Both the position numbers and the translations under genes were made by a program. The notes beneath the pieces were generated by a model, which ran no database searches, was not told where the DNA came from, and was given only the letters and a program-made list of their open reading frames with translations. A stretch of DNA of 64,000 nucleotides from Myxococcota bacterium (GTDB lineage: Bacteria; Myxococcota_A; UBA9160; UBA6930), in assembly GCA_965223415.1 (NCBI GenBank), contig OZ245002.1, positions 416,001 to 480,000 on the forward strand, given 5' to 3'. Numbering within the stretch: position 1 is the first letter of the stretch; each line of letters starts with the position of its first letter. Shown one piece after another: positions 41,969-51,814 of this stretch.

Positions 41969-42571
41969 TCAGTAGCTGCGCAGCAGCCCCCGGACGACGC
42001 CTCGGATCTGGACGTCCTGGGCCGGCACCTCGATGGGCCGCAGCGCCTGGTTCGCGGGCTCCAGCACCACCTTCGCGCCCCGCTTGTAGAACCTCTTGAG
42101 CGTCGCCTCGCTGCCGCGCACGAGGGCCACGACCGTCTCGCCGTTGCGGGCCTCGGGCCGGCTCTCGACCACCACGTAGTCCCCGTCCTGGATGTGGTCG
42201 TCGATCATCGAGTCGCCGCGCACCTGGAGAACGAAGCTCTCGCCCTGGCGCCGGACCATGTCCCGGGGCACGGCCACCCGCTCGTCCTGCTCGTAGACCT
42301 CGATCGGCGCGCCCGCGGCCACGGTGCCGAGCAGGGGCAGCTCGACCAGCCCGCTGCGCTCCTCGTCCATGGGCTCGACCGAGCGGGAGCGGTTCCAGGC
42401 CTTCTTCAGGAAGCCCTTCTCCACCAAGTGCTGGACGTGCTTGTGGACGGTGGCGACCGAGGAGAGGCCGAAGGCCTGGCCGATTTCCTCGAGGCTCGGC
42501 GAGTAGCCGTGCTCATCCACGAACTGGCGGATGAAGTCGTAGATCTCGCGCTGGCGGCGGGTGAGCGCCAC
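41969..42571 (-). CDS. lexA: SOS repressor LexA
   Basis: LTRRQ, GYSPSLEEIG, VAAGAP cleavage site, VRGDSM, ATLKRF. Confidence 0.97.
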   Translation of the reverse strand: MALTRRQREIYDFIRQFVDEHGYSPSLEEIGQAFGLSSVATVHKHVQHLVEKGFLKKAWNRSRSVEPMDEERSGLVELPLLGTVAAGAPIEVYEQDERVAVPRDMVRRQGESFVLQVRGDSMIDDHIQDGDYVVVESRPEARNGETVVALVRGSEATLKRFYKRGAKVVLEPANQALRPIEVPAQDVQIRGVVRGLLRSY

Positions 42572-42589
42572 GGGATGCCTCCTCGTGGT

Positions 42590-42626
42590 TTCGCCAAAGC
42601 TTCGCCGAAGAGAAGGCGAAGGTCAA
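42590..42626 (-). promoter_or_regulatory. Candidate lexA promoter and operator
   Basis: TTGACC -35-like hexamer at 42626-42621; TTCGCC at 42590 and 42601, GGCGAA at 42615. Confidence 0.45.
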
Positions 42627-42683
42627 GGAAATCTGACCGATCGCTTGACGGCGAGCCCCGGGTGCACAGCGTCCCGGCCAGGT

Positions 42684-42710
42684 TTGGCAAACGGGGGCGC
42701 CGAGTGCTAA
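42684..42710 (+). promoter_or_regulatory. CIRCE (HrcA operator), degenerate left arm
   Basis: TTGGCAAAC-N9-GAGTGCTAA upstream of groES; hrcA is present in the window. Confidence 0.8.
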
Positions 42711-42819
42711 CTCGGTGCGCTCGGGTTCGCTCATCTGGCGAGGAGCCCGGGGCATCCCATCCCCATCATCCCCGCCCCACCCCCTATCCCGGGTGAGGGC
42801 CTCGGAGGAACGGACAGGC

Positions 42820-43107
42820 ATGAAGATCCGACCGCTCCAGGACAGGATCCTGGTCAAGCGCGTGGACGAGGAAGAGACGACGGCCGGGGGCATCATCATC
42901 CCCGATACCGCCAAGGAGAAGCCCCAGGAGGGCGTGGTGATCGCCGCCGGCGGCGGCAAGGTCCGCGAGGACGGCACCGTCCAGCCCCTGGACGTCAAGA
43001 AGGGCGACAAGGTGCTGTTCAGCAAGTACGCGGGCACCGAATGCACCCTCGATGGCGAAGAGCACCTCATCATCCGCGAGGACGACATCCTCGGGGTCCT
43101 GGAGTAG
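42820..43107 (+). CDS. groES: Co-chaperonin GroES
   Basis: [30 protein letters not shown]. Confidence 0.98.
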   Translation: MKIRPLQDRILVKRVDEEETTAGGIIIPDTAKEKPQEGVVIAAGGGKVREDGTVQPLDVKKGDKVLFSKYAGTECTLDGEEHLIIREDDILGVLE

Positions 43108-44760
<1,653 letters not shown>

Positions 44761-44817
44761 GCGTCTTCGGACGGCTGCCAGACTCCTGTAGGGGTCTAGC
44801 GACACCTGCGGAACGTC

Positions 44818-44847
44818 ACCGCCCCGGAGCCCTCGCTCCGGGGCGGT
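44818..44847 (+). terminator. Terminator after groEL
   Basis: 13-bp stem ACCGCCCCGGAGC / GCTCCGGGGCGGT, 4-nt loop, then CTTCGTT. Confidence 0.75.
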
Positions 44848-44907
44848 CTTCGTTGGGATGCAGGTCACACATTCAAGCCCCCGCGCGATCGGGCCGAAAC
44901 GCCTTTC

Positions 44908-46266
44908 GTGGACGAGCGTCAGGCCCAGGAGCGACTCGCGAGGCGGCTGCGGGGGATGGGACTCGAGGTCGAGATCCTTCCCGGCGGGCGCTGTGTGCGC
45001 GGGGTGCTCCCGCTGGGCCCGGAGCCGTTGCTGACGCCGTCTGGGCCCTTCGCCGCCGCGGCGGTGGAGTTCGCCAGCGTCGGCCCCCAGCGCATCAAAT
45101 GCCTGCGGCCGGCCGCCCTCTTCCAGCTACCGATCGTCTCGATCGCGGGCTGCGGCGACGCGATCGAGCTCGAGGGACGGGTGCGGGCGGCCTGGATCGA
45201 TCACATGGCCCACCTGCGGACCGCCCGCGACGTGCTCGACGCCGGCGGGGTCGAGCACGAAGGCGAGTGGCACGATGCGGGGCTGGCCGTCGCCATCCAC
45301 CAGGATCCCCCCGATGCCCGGGCCCGTTGGGTGGCGAAGCGCACCCTCTCCCTGCCCTCTCCCGGACCGCTCGCGGGCCGCGCCCTGGCGGCGCCCGCCG
45401 AGCGGGTGGTCGAGCTACCTGCAGAGGCGCGCTCCGCATCCGAGATCGAGCTCGCGGTGGGCGCCCGCCTCGAAGCCCTGGGGCGTCAGCTCGACGAGCG
45501 CGACGAACGCCGGCGGCGGCGACACGCCCACGAGGGCGAGCCGGGTGTGCCCCAGCCCCTCCACCCGGTCTTTCGCGGCCGGGACCGCGACGTGCTGCTG
45601 GTCGGCCCCCAGCTCTCCCAGGAGTTCGAGCTCCAGGGCGCCCTGCGCCAGCGCGGCTTCCGTTCCACCCTGGCCCGGGGCGCCGACGCGGCGCGGGCTG
45701 CCTTCGACGAGAGCTCCTTCGAGGTGGTCGTGGTGGATGCAGTGCTCGATCGCGCCGAGGGCCTCGAGCTCATCCCGACCCTCGCCGACGTGCCGGGCAT
45801 CGGCGAGCTGCCGGTCGTGCTGATCGACGACCGGGCCCGCGAGAGCCGCCGGGAGGCCGCCCGCGCGTTGGGCGCCGCCGGCTACCTGGTCCGGCCCCTC
45901 GACGCCCAACGGCTGGCGGCGGGCCTGGAGAGGCTCGTCACCGAGCGCCCCCAGCGGCGCTTCGACCGCTTCTCCCACAAGCTGGCGGTGGCCTGGGAGG
46001 ACGGCTGCGACGGCTTCACCACGGTGGTCGGTCGCCGCGGCCTGTTCGTCTCCACGCCGCGCCCGAGCCCACCGGGCGCTCTCGAGAAGGTCGAGCTGGC
46101 GCTTCCGGAGACGGGCGAGCGGGTCTCGATGGACGTCGAGACGCTCTACCGGGTCGAGGCCCGAGGTGGACGCGACGCAGGCATCGGGGTGCGCATCCGC
46201 GCCTTCCCCGACGACCACGAGACACGCTGGATCGACTACCTGACGGCGCTGGAACGGCCCGGCTGA
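44908..46266 (+). CDS. Unknown N-terminal domain + atypical receiver + PilZ-like domain
   Basis: EVVVVDAVL..GLELI..LPVVLI..GAAGYLVRP (receiver); RRFDR..GLFV..GIGVRI (PilZ-like). Confidence 0.75.
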   Translation: MDERQAQERLARRLRGMGLEVEILPGGRCVRGVLPLGPEPLLTPSGPFAAAAVEFASVGPQRIKCLRPAALFQLPIVSIAGCGDAIELEGRVRAAWIDHMAHLRTARDVLDAGGVEHEGEWHDAGLAVAIHQDPPDARARWVAKRTLSLPSPGPLAGRALAAPAERVVELPAEARSASEIELAVGARLEALGRQLDERDERRRRRHAHEGEPGVPQPLHPVFRGRDRDVLLVGPQLSQEFELQGALRQRGFRSTLARGADAARAAFDESSFEVVVVDAVLDRAEGLELIPTLADVPGIGELPVVLIDDRARESRREAARALGAAGYLVRPLDAQRLAAGLERLVTERPQRRFDRFSHKLAVAWEDGCDGFTTVVGRRGLFVSTPRPSPPGALEKVELALPETGERVSMDVETLYRVEARGGRDAGIGVRIRAFPDDHETRWIDYLTALERPG

Positions 46267-46294
46267 GCCGAAGCCCAGCCGGTCGGCCTCAGCC
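46261..46294. terminator. Hairpin between convergent genes
   Basis: GGCTGAGCCGA ... TCGGCCTCAGCC, spanning both stop codons. Confidence 0.45.
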
Positions 46295-46501
46295 CAGCTT
46301 GGCGCGGGCCTTGTCGATGTCGCCGTCCATGATCGTCTTGCGCTTGTCGGCGATGGCCGAGGCGTGGGCTTCGCGCGCGAGCCGCGCGAGGTAGTCCTCG
46401 GTCGCATCGACGGCACGCTCGATCGCCGAGCCGGAAACCCGGAGCCCCTCTCCGTGCTTGGCGATGAGTCGCTTCACGACCGCGTTGGGCAGGTCAGCCA
46501 T
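46289..46501 (-). CDS. Histone-fold protein (HMf-like prokaryotic histone)
   Basis: LPNAVVKRLI...LRVSGSA...EA...A...RKTIMDGDIDKA; GGAGGG RBS upstream. Confidence 0.88.
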   Translation of the reverse strand: MADLPNAVVKRLIAKHGEGLRVSGSAIERAVDATEDYLARLAREAHASAIADKRKTIMDGDIDKARAKLG

Positions 46502-46533
46502 GCGTCCCTCCTGGCCTGGTGTGCGTTGCCAAG

Positions 46534-46563
46534 AAACTACGAGCGGCCGGGGAGGAATGCCAA
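46534..46563 (-). promoter_or_regulatory. Putative sigma70 promoter of the histone gene
   Basis: TTGGCA-N18-TAGTTT. Confidence 0.4.
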
Positions 46564-46588
46564 CCCCGCCAAGCGTGGCGTTTCACCC

Positions 46589-47809
46589 TCATGCGTTCCG
46601 AGCGGCATCCTCGGCGGCGCGCACGATCTCGGCGAGGGGCCGATCGGCCCGGCGCGCCGCGCGCTTGCAGTCGTCGTACTCGGCAGAGACCTGGGTGCTC
46701 CCGTCCGGCGCCGTCACGTACTTCACCCGGATGGAGCCGAAGGGCGTGTCCACGGAGCGCACCTCCCGGGGCAGGACCAGGCGATCGGCCTCCACGCTGC
46801 GCACCCCCAGGCTCCCGGTCACCGCGAGCAGGCGGCTCGCCAGCGGGACGCGGCGGGCGGGCGTGGTGAGCACCCGCAGCAGGAAGCCGGGCCGGTTCTT
46901 CTTCGTCTGCACGTACTGCAGGGAGACGTCCAGGGCGCCGGCGGCGAGGAGCTCGTCCATCACGTGATCGAAGTGCTCGGGCACGAGGTCGTCGAGGTTG
47001 GCTTCGAGGCACACCACCCGGTCCGCTCCGCCGCCGCTCTCGCGTCCGACGACGACGCGCAGCACGTTGGGCAGTGGCCCTTTGCGGTCGTTGCCCGCAC
47101 CGTGACCGATCGACTCGACGGTCATGGCGGGCAGGCCCGTGAACTCGTCCGCCAGCGTGCGCAGGATCGCGGCGCCGGTGGGCGTCACCGTCTCCCACCG
47201 AACGTGGGCCGGCACCGTCGGCACGCCCCGCAGCAGCTCGAAGGTCGCGGGGGCCGGGAGCGGCAGGCGGCCGTGCTCGGTCTCGACGGTGCCCTCGCCC
47301 AGGGCGACGGGCCCGACCGTAACCCGCTCGATCGCCATGGCGTGGACGGCGATCGCCGCGCCGGCGATGTCCACGATGGCGTCCACCGCGCCGACCTCGT
47401 GGAAGTGGACCTTCTCGACGGGAATGCCGTGCACCCGTGCCTCGGCCTCCGCCAAGGCCGCGAAGATCGCCTGGGCGCGGTCGCGCACGGCGGCCTCGAG
47501 CTTGGCCGCATCGAGGAGCCGGCGGATCGCGGCGTAGTGCCGGTGGTGGTGGTGACCGTGGCCGCCCTTCGCCCGGGGCTTCGGCACCTTCACGTCGACG
47601 TAGGGCGCCGCCAGGGCGCCGCGCTTCACCTTCTTCACGACCAGTCGGTGCGCGACGCCGAGCCCGGCGAGCCCTTCGCCGAGCTTCCGGCGCGGCAGCC
47701 CGGCATCGAGCATCGCGCCGAGGAACATGTTGCCGGCGGTCCCCGAGAAGGGGTCGAGATGGAGGACGCGCCGGCCCGCCACCGGTGCACCGGTCTTGCG
47801 CCGCGCCAC
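46589..47809 (-). CDS. larC: Nickel pincer cofactor biosynthesis protein LarC
   Basis: DPFSGTAGNMFLGAM, His-rich tract, VHFHEVGAVDAIVDI, TPTGAAIL, KKNRPG, EYDDC. Confidence 0.95.
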   Translation of the reverse strand: MARRKTGAPVAGRRVLHLDPFSGTAGNMFLGAMLDAGLPRRKLGEGLAGLGVAHRLVVKKVKRGALAAPYVDVKVPKPRAKGGHGHHHHRHYAAIRRLLDAAKLEAAVRDRAQAIFAALAEAEARVHGIPVEKVHFHEVGAVDAIVDIAGAAIAVHAMAIERVTVGPVALGEGTVETEHGRLPLPAPATFELLRGVPTVPAHVRWETVTPTGAAILRTLADEFTGLPAMTVESIGHGAGNDRKGPLPNVLRVVVGRESGGGADRVVCLEANLDDLVPEHFDHVMDELLAAGALDVSLQYVQTKKNRPGFLLRVLTTPARRVPLASRLLAVTGSLGVRSVEADRLVLPREVRSVDTPFGSIRVKYVTAPDGSTQVSAEYDDCKRAARRADRPLAEIVRAAEDAARNA

Positions 47810-47811
47810 GC

Positions 47812-48567
47812 TCAGAGCCGATTGATCAGGGTCGCCACCGTGGCGGCGCCGAAGCCGTTGTCGATGTTCACCACGGTCACGTTCGATGCGCAGCTGTTGA
47901 GCATCGCGAGCAGCGCGGCGATCCCACCGAAGGAGGCGCCATAGCCGACGCTCGTCGGCACGGCGATCACCGGCTTGTCGACCAGGCCACCGACCACCGA
48001 GGCGAGAGCGCCCTCCATGCCGGCGACGGCGACGACCACCCGTGCGCTGCGCAGAAGCCGGCTCTCGGCCAGGAGGCGGTGCAGCCCGGCCACGCCGACG
48101 TCGGCGAGGAGCTCCACCTTGTTGCCGAAGCGCCGGGCCACGCTGGCCGCCTCCCGCGCCACGGGCAGGTCAGAGGTGCCCGCACAGACCACGGCGATCG
48201 TGCCCTTGCCCTGGATCTCCACCTCGGCCGGGCCGTACCAGAGGAGCCGGGCGTCCGGGTCGTACTCGCCGCCGGGCAGGAGGGCGAGCACCTCCTCCGC
48301 CGCGTCGGGCTCGATGCGGGTGGCGAGCGCCGATTGGCCGGCCTGGGTGAGAGTGCGGGCGATCTCGGCGACCTCCGCGGCCCGCTTGCCCTGGCCGAAG
48401 ATCACCTCGGGCAGCCCCTGCCGCAGGGCCCGGTGCACGTCGACCCGCCCGGCCCCGGACGGCGTCTCGATGATCGGCGGGTGGGCGAGCGCCTCGAGGG
48501 CCTCGTCCGTGTCCAGCTCTCCGCGCCGAACCGCCTCGAGCAGGGCGCGCGCGCGTTCTCGCTCCAT
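47812..48567 (-). CDS. larB: Nickel pincer cofactor biosynthesis protein LarB
   Basis: GLPEVIFGQGK, AGTSDLPVA, DVGVAGLHRL, AGMEGAL, AVPTSVGYG, VNIDNGFGA. Confidence 0.96.
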   Translation of the reverse strand: MERERARALLEAVRRGELDTDEALEALAHPPIIETPSGAGRVDVHRALRQGLPEVIFGQGKRAAEVAEIARTLTQAGQSALATRIEPDAAEEVLALLPGGEYDPDARLLWYGPAEVEIQGKGTIAVVCAGTSDLPVAREAASVARRFGNKVELLADVGVAGLHRLLAESRLLRSARVVVAVAGMEGALASVVGGLVDKPVIAVPTSVGYGASFGGIAALLAMLNSCASNVTVVNIDNGFGAATVATLINRL

Positions 48568-48588
48568 CCAAGCAACGTTAGCCGAGAT

Positions 48589-48661
48589 GTGAGACAAGGG
48601 GACGTTCCTTTCTGTCTCACGGCTTTGCCGTGAGACAGAAAGGAACGTCCCCTTGTCTCAC
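48589..48661. repeat. REP-like palindromic doublet, copy 2
   Basis: Same 32-mer at 48589-48620, 9-nt spacer, reverse complement at 48630-48661. Confidence 0.9.
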
Positions 48662-49240
48662 TCAGTCGACGAGGCGGTCTGGCACGTAGACGAGCAGGCC
48701 GTGGATCTCGCCGTCTCGGTCGGCGATCTCGGTCTCGATGCGCAGGGCGGCCGGGGCGGCGTGGGGTGTGAGGCGCTCGGCCAGGACGGCGCCGGCGTCG
48801 CGGAGGACCAGGTCGGGCACCGAAGGCAGCACCACCGCGCCGGTGGTCTCGCCGATGGACGAGGCGACGTGGGAGACGAGGATGTTGCCCAGCTCGCGGA
48901 GCGCGGATTCGGCCATCTCCCGGTCGACGGGGCGCCCGCCGGTCAGCATGTCGACCAGCCGGTCGCGGACGTCGCCGGGGAAGATCAGGGCGAGGTAGCC
49001 ACCGGGCCCGCCGTGGAGCTCGAAGAAGACGCCCATGCGATCGGGGCCCTCGGCGTCCGCCACGATGAAGGGCTCGGCGAGACGCTGGGCAGTGAGGACC
49101 CGCACCGTCGGGACCCGCATGGAGCAGGGGCGTCCGGTCATCGCAGCGAGCGCGTTGGCGGCGTGGCCGGCGCCGATGCTGGTGAGCTCGCGGATGCGAT
49201 CCACCTGGGTCTCGTCGAGCTGCTGGGAGAGGTCGGTCAT
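48662..49240 (-). CDS. cheC: CheC-family phosphatase (DifG-like)
   Basis: RELTSIGAGHAANALAAMTG, SALRELGNIL, PSVP. Confidence 0.9.
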   Translation of the reverse strand: MTDLSQQLDETQVDRIRELTSIGAGHAANALAAMTGRPCSMRVPTVRVLTAQRLAEPFIVADAEGPDRMGVFFELHGGPGGYLALIFPGDVRDRLVDMLTGGRPVDREMAESALRELGNILVSHVASSIGETTGAVVLPSVPDLVLRDAGAVLAERLTPHAAPAALRIETEIADRDGEIHGLLVYVPDRLVD

Positions 49241-50909
49241 GCCAGCTGGTTCACGTCGAGGAGGAACACGGGACAGCCGTCGCCGAGGACCGTCAGGCCG
49301 GCGAGCAGACGCGCGCTGGCCAGGAGCCGCGGCACGGGCTTGACGTAGATCTCCTGCTGGCCGGCCAGGTGCCCGACGCGCAGGCCGACGCGTTCGCCCC
49401 GGACCTCGGCCAGCACGAGGGGGCTCGTGCCGCCGTCCTCCTCATGGGTCGGGAAGCCGATGCGGCGGGCGAGGTCGAGCACCAGCACCGGCTCGTCCTC
49501 CACCAGGCAGAACTGCTCGCTGCCGGCCACCTCGATGGCGTCGGCGGCGACCTCGACCACGCGCTCGACCTTCGCGATCGGCACCGCCACGGTCTGGCCG
49601 CCAGCGCCGACCAGCAGCACGCGCTGGACGGCGGCGGTAATCGGCACGACGAGGGCGGTCGTCGTGCCCAAGCCGGGGCGGGAGCGCAGCTCGACCCGTC
49701 CGCCGAGGGCCTCGATGGTCGCCTTCACCGCGTCCATGCCGACGCCGCGCCCGGACACCGTCGACACCTCGGCCGCGGTGCTGACCCCGGGCCGGAACAC
49801 GAGCGAGGCGATCTCGTCCGGCGGGAGATCGTCGGCCAGGTCCTCGTGGAGCACGCCGGCGTCGATCGCGCGGCGCTTCACCGAAGCGAGATCGATGCCG
49901 CGGCCGTCGTCCTCCACCGAGATCAGCACCTGGTCCTTCTCCCGCCGGGCCTCGACCACGACCCGGCCCGAGGGCGGCTTGCCCACCTCCCGGCGCGCCT
50001 CCGGCTCCTCGAGCCCGTGGTCGACGGCGTTGCGGACCAGGTGGACCAGGGGATCGCCGAGCCGATCGAGAATCGCCCGGTCCAGCTCGAGCTCGGCACC
50101 CCGGAGCTCGACGTCGACTTCCTTGCCGGTGGACCGCGCGATCTCCCGGGCCATGCGCGGCAGCGCATCCATCACGCGCAGGAGCGGAGCCGTGCGAAGC
50201 GAGAGGGCGCGGCGCTGGAGATCGCCGACCACCCGCTCCATGCGATCGAAGCCGGCGCCGAGGGTGGGGGCCATCGCCGAGTCGCCCGTACCCTCCGCCG
50301 TCGAACGCAGATGACTCGAGCTCAGGATCACCTCGCCCACAGAGGCGAGGAAGCGGTCCAGGGTCTCCGTGCGTACCCGGACCGAAGGCGGCGGCGCGCT
50401 CGAGATGACCGGGGTGGGTGCACCCGCCGCAGCTCCCGCCCCGGCCTCGGGCGCTACGACGTCGCCGCTTTTTTTGGGTCCGGCTCCGGCGGCAGCTCCG
50501 ATGCGGGAGCGATCTCCGATTCCTGCGCCGGGTCGACCGCCGCGCCGAGCCTGTCCAGGAGCTCCGGGTCGGGCGGAGAGGGCTCGCCCTGGGCGCGGAT
50601 CGCCCCGACCATCGCCTCGAGGCCCTCGAGACCCGCGAAGAGCAGCGCCGTGCCGGCCTCGCCCGCCGGCACGACACCGGCGGCGCGGAAGCGATCCATC
50701 ACGTCCTCGAGCTTGTGGGCGAGCTCGGTGATGGCGTCGTAGCCGAGGGATCCCGCCATGCCCTTGATGGAGTGGGCCATGCGGAACACCTCGTCGATCG
50801 CTTCGCCGTCGCCGGGCGCCTTCTCGAGGACGAGGAGCGCCCTGCTCATCTCGGCGAGATGATCCGTCGCCTCTTCGAGGAAGAGCGCCCGGTACTTGGC
50901 CAGGTCCAA
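49237..50909 (-). CDS. cheA: CheA histidine kinase (DifE-like), split across two frames joined by a -1 shift at 50469-50478
   Basis: Frame 0: Hpt domain (FLEEA..VFRMAHSIKGMAG..LAHKLED). -1 frame: dimerisation SVRV..LDR, HATPase HLVRNAVDHG / DDGRG / SGRGVGMD, then a CheW-like domain. Confidence 0.88.
50454..50909 (-). CDS. Stand-alone Hpt (CheA P1) product of the unshifted frame, 151 aa
   Basis: TTG start, HSIKG phosphoacceptor motif, TAG four codons after the AAA AAA run. Confidence 0.6.
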   Translation of the reverse strand: MDLAKYRALFLEEATDHLAEMSRALLVLEKAPGDGEAIDEVFRMAHSIKGMAGSLGYDAITELAHKLEDVMDRFRAAGVVPAGEAGTALLFAGLEGLEAMVGAIRAQGEPSPPDPELLDRLGAAVDPAQESEIAPASELPPEPDPKKAATS

Positions 50910-50948
50910 GGCTCAGCTCCCTTTGCCGTCCGTCTTGGGGCCCAAGGC

Positions 50949-51317
50949 CTAGCCTTCCTTCTCGAGCACCTTGGCGAGCGTCGTGAGCACGGCGTCGGGC
51001 TTGAAGGGCTTCACGATGAAGTCCTTGGCGCCGGCCTGGATCGCCTCCATGACCAAAGTCTCCTGCCCCAGCGCACTGCACATCACCACCGTGGCGCCGG
51101 GATCCTCTGCCTTGATGGCCTTCACCGCGTCGATGCCCGAGCGCTTGGGCATGACGATGTCCATCATGACCAGGTCGGGACGCAGCTCCAGGAACTTCTC
51201 CACGACTTCGACGCCGTCGGACGCTTCGCCCACCACCTCATAGCCTTCGGGCTCGATGATGTCGCGAATCATCTGCCGCATGAAGGACGCGTCGTCGGCA
51301 ACCAGAACCCTCTTCAT
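50949..51317 (-). CDS. cheY: CheY-like response regulator (DifD-like)
   Basis: VLVADDASFMR, PDLVMMDIVMP, MCSALGQ, GAKDFIVKPF. Confidence 0.95.
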   Translation of the reverse strand: MKRVLVADDASFMRQMIRDIIEPEGYEVVGEASDGVEVVEKFLELRPDLVMMDIVMPKRSGIDAVKAIKAEDPGATVVMCSALGQETLVMEAIQAGAKDFIVKPFKPDAVLTTLAKVLEKEG

Positions 51318-51814
51318 GTCGTTCCCCCGTGGGTTGGCTCGCTGGCGCCATTCGCCACCGAGTTCGAGATCACTTCCGCCGCCCGCTCGAGCAGGCGTTT
51401 CGGATCCAGCACGCTGACCATCCGCCCGTCGAGAGGGCGGCGCTCCGCCACCGGGTCCGCCTCCAGGGCGTGAGCCGGCGGCCCGTCGATCAGCCCCAGG
51501 ATGCGGTCCACCGGCACGCCGTAGCGGTCCGGGTCGTCCGGATCCTTGGCCAGGATCAGGAGCGGCCGTTCGATCGGGTAGCGCGAGCGATGCGCACCGA
51601 AGAGCGCGTCGCCGAAGACGATGGGCACGGCGTCGCCGTGGTGGTTCACGACGCCGCCCACCCGATGGTGCACCATCGGCACCGAGGCGAGCTGGTCGAG
51701 CTCGGCCACCTCGGCGACGTCGGCGATGGGCAGGGCGTAGAGGGCATCGCACAGCTCGAAGGCGAGCAGGCGCTCGCTGAGCTCCATGGGAGGGATCTGG
51801 GGGGGCGCGCTCAC
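51314..51814 (-). CDS. cheW: CheW-like adaptor (DifC-like)
   Basis: [42 protein letters not shown]. Confidence 0.88.
   Translation of the reverse strand: MSAPPQIPPMELSERLLAFELCDALYALPIADVAEVAELDQLASVPMVHHRVGGVVNHHGDAVPIVFGDALFGAHRSRYPIERPLLILAKDPDDPDRYGVPVDRILGLIDGPPAHALEADPVAERRPLDGRMVSVLDPKRLLERAAEVISNSVANGASEPTHGGTT

Noticed and set aside
49237..51081. 614-aa ORF as an intact CheA
   Set aside because: Its N-terminal ~200 aa are off-frame translation over cheY and the Hpt region; the real Hpt is in another frame.
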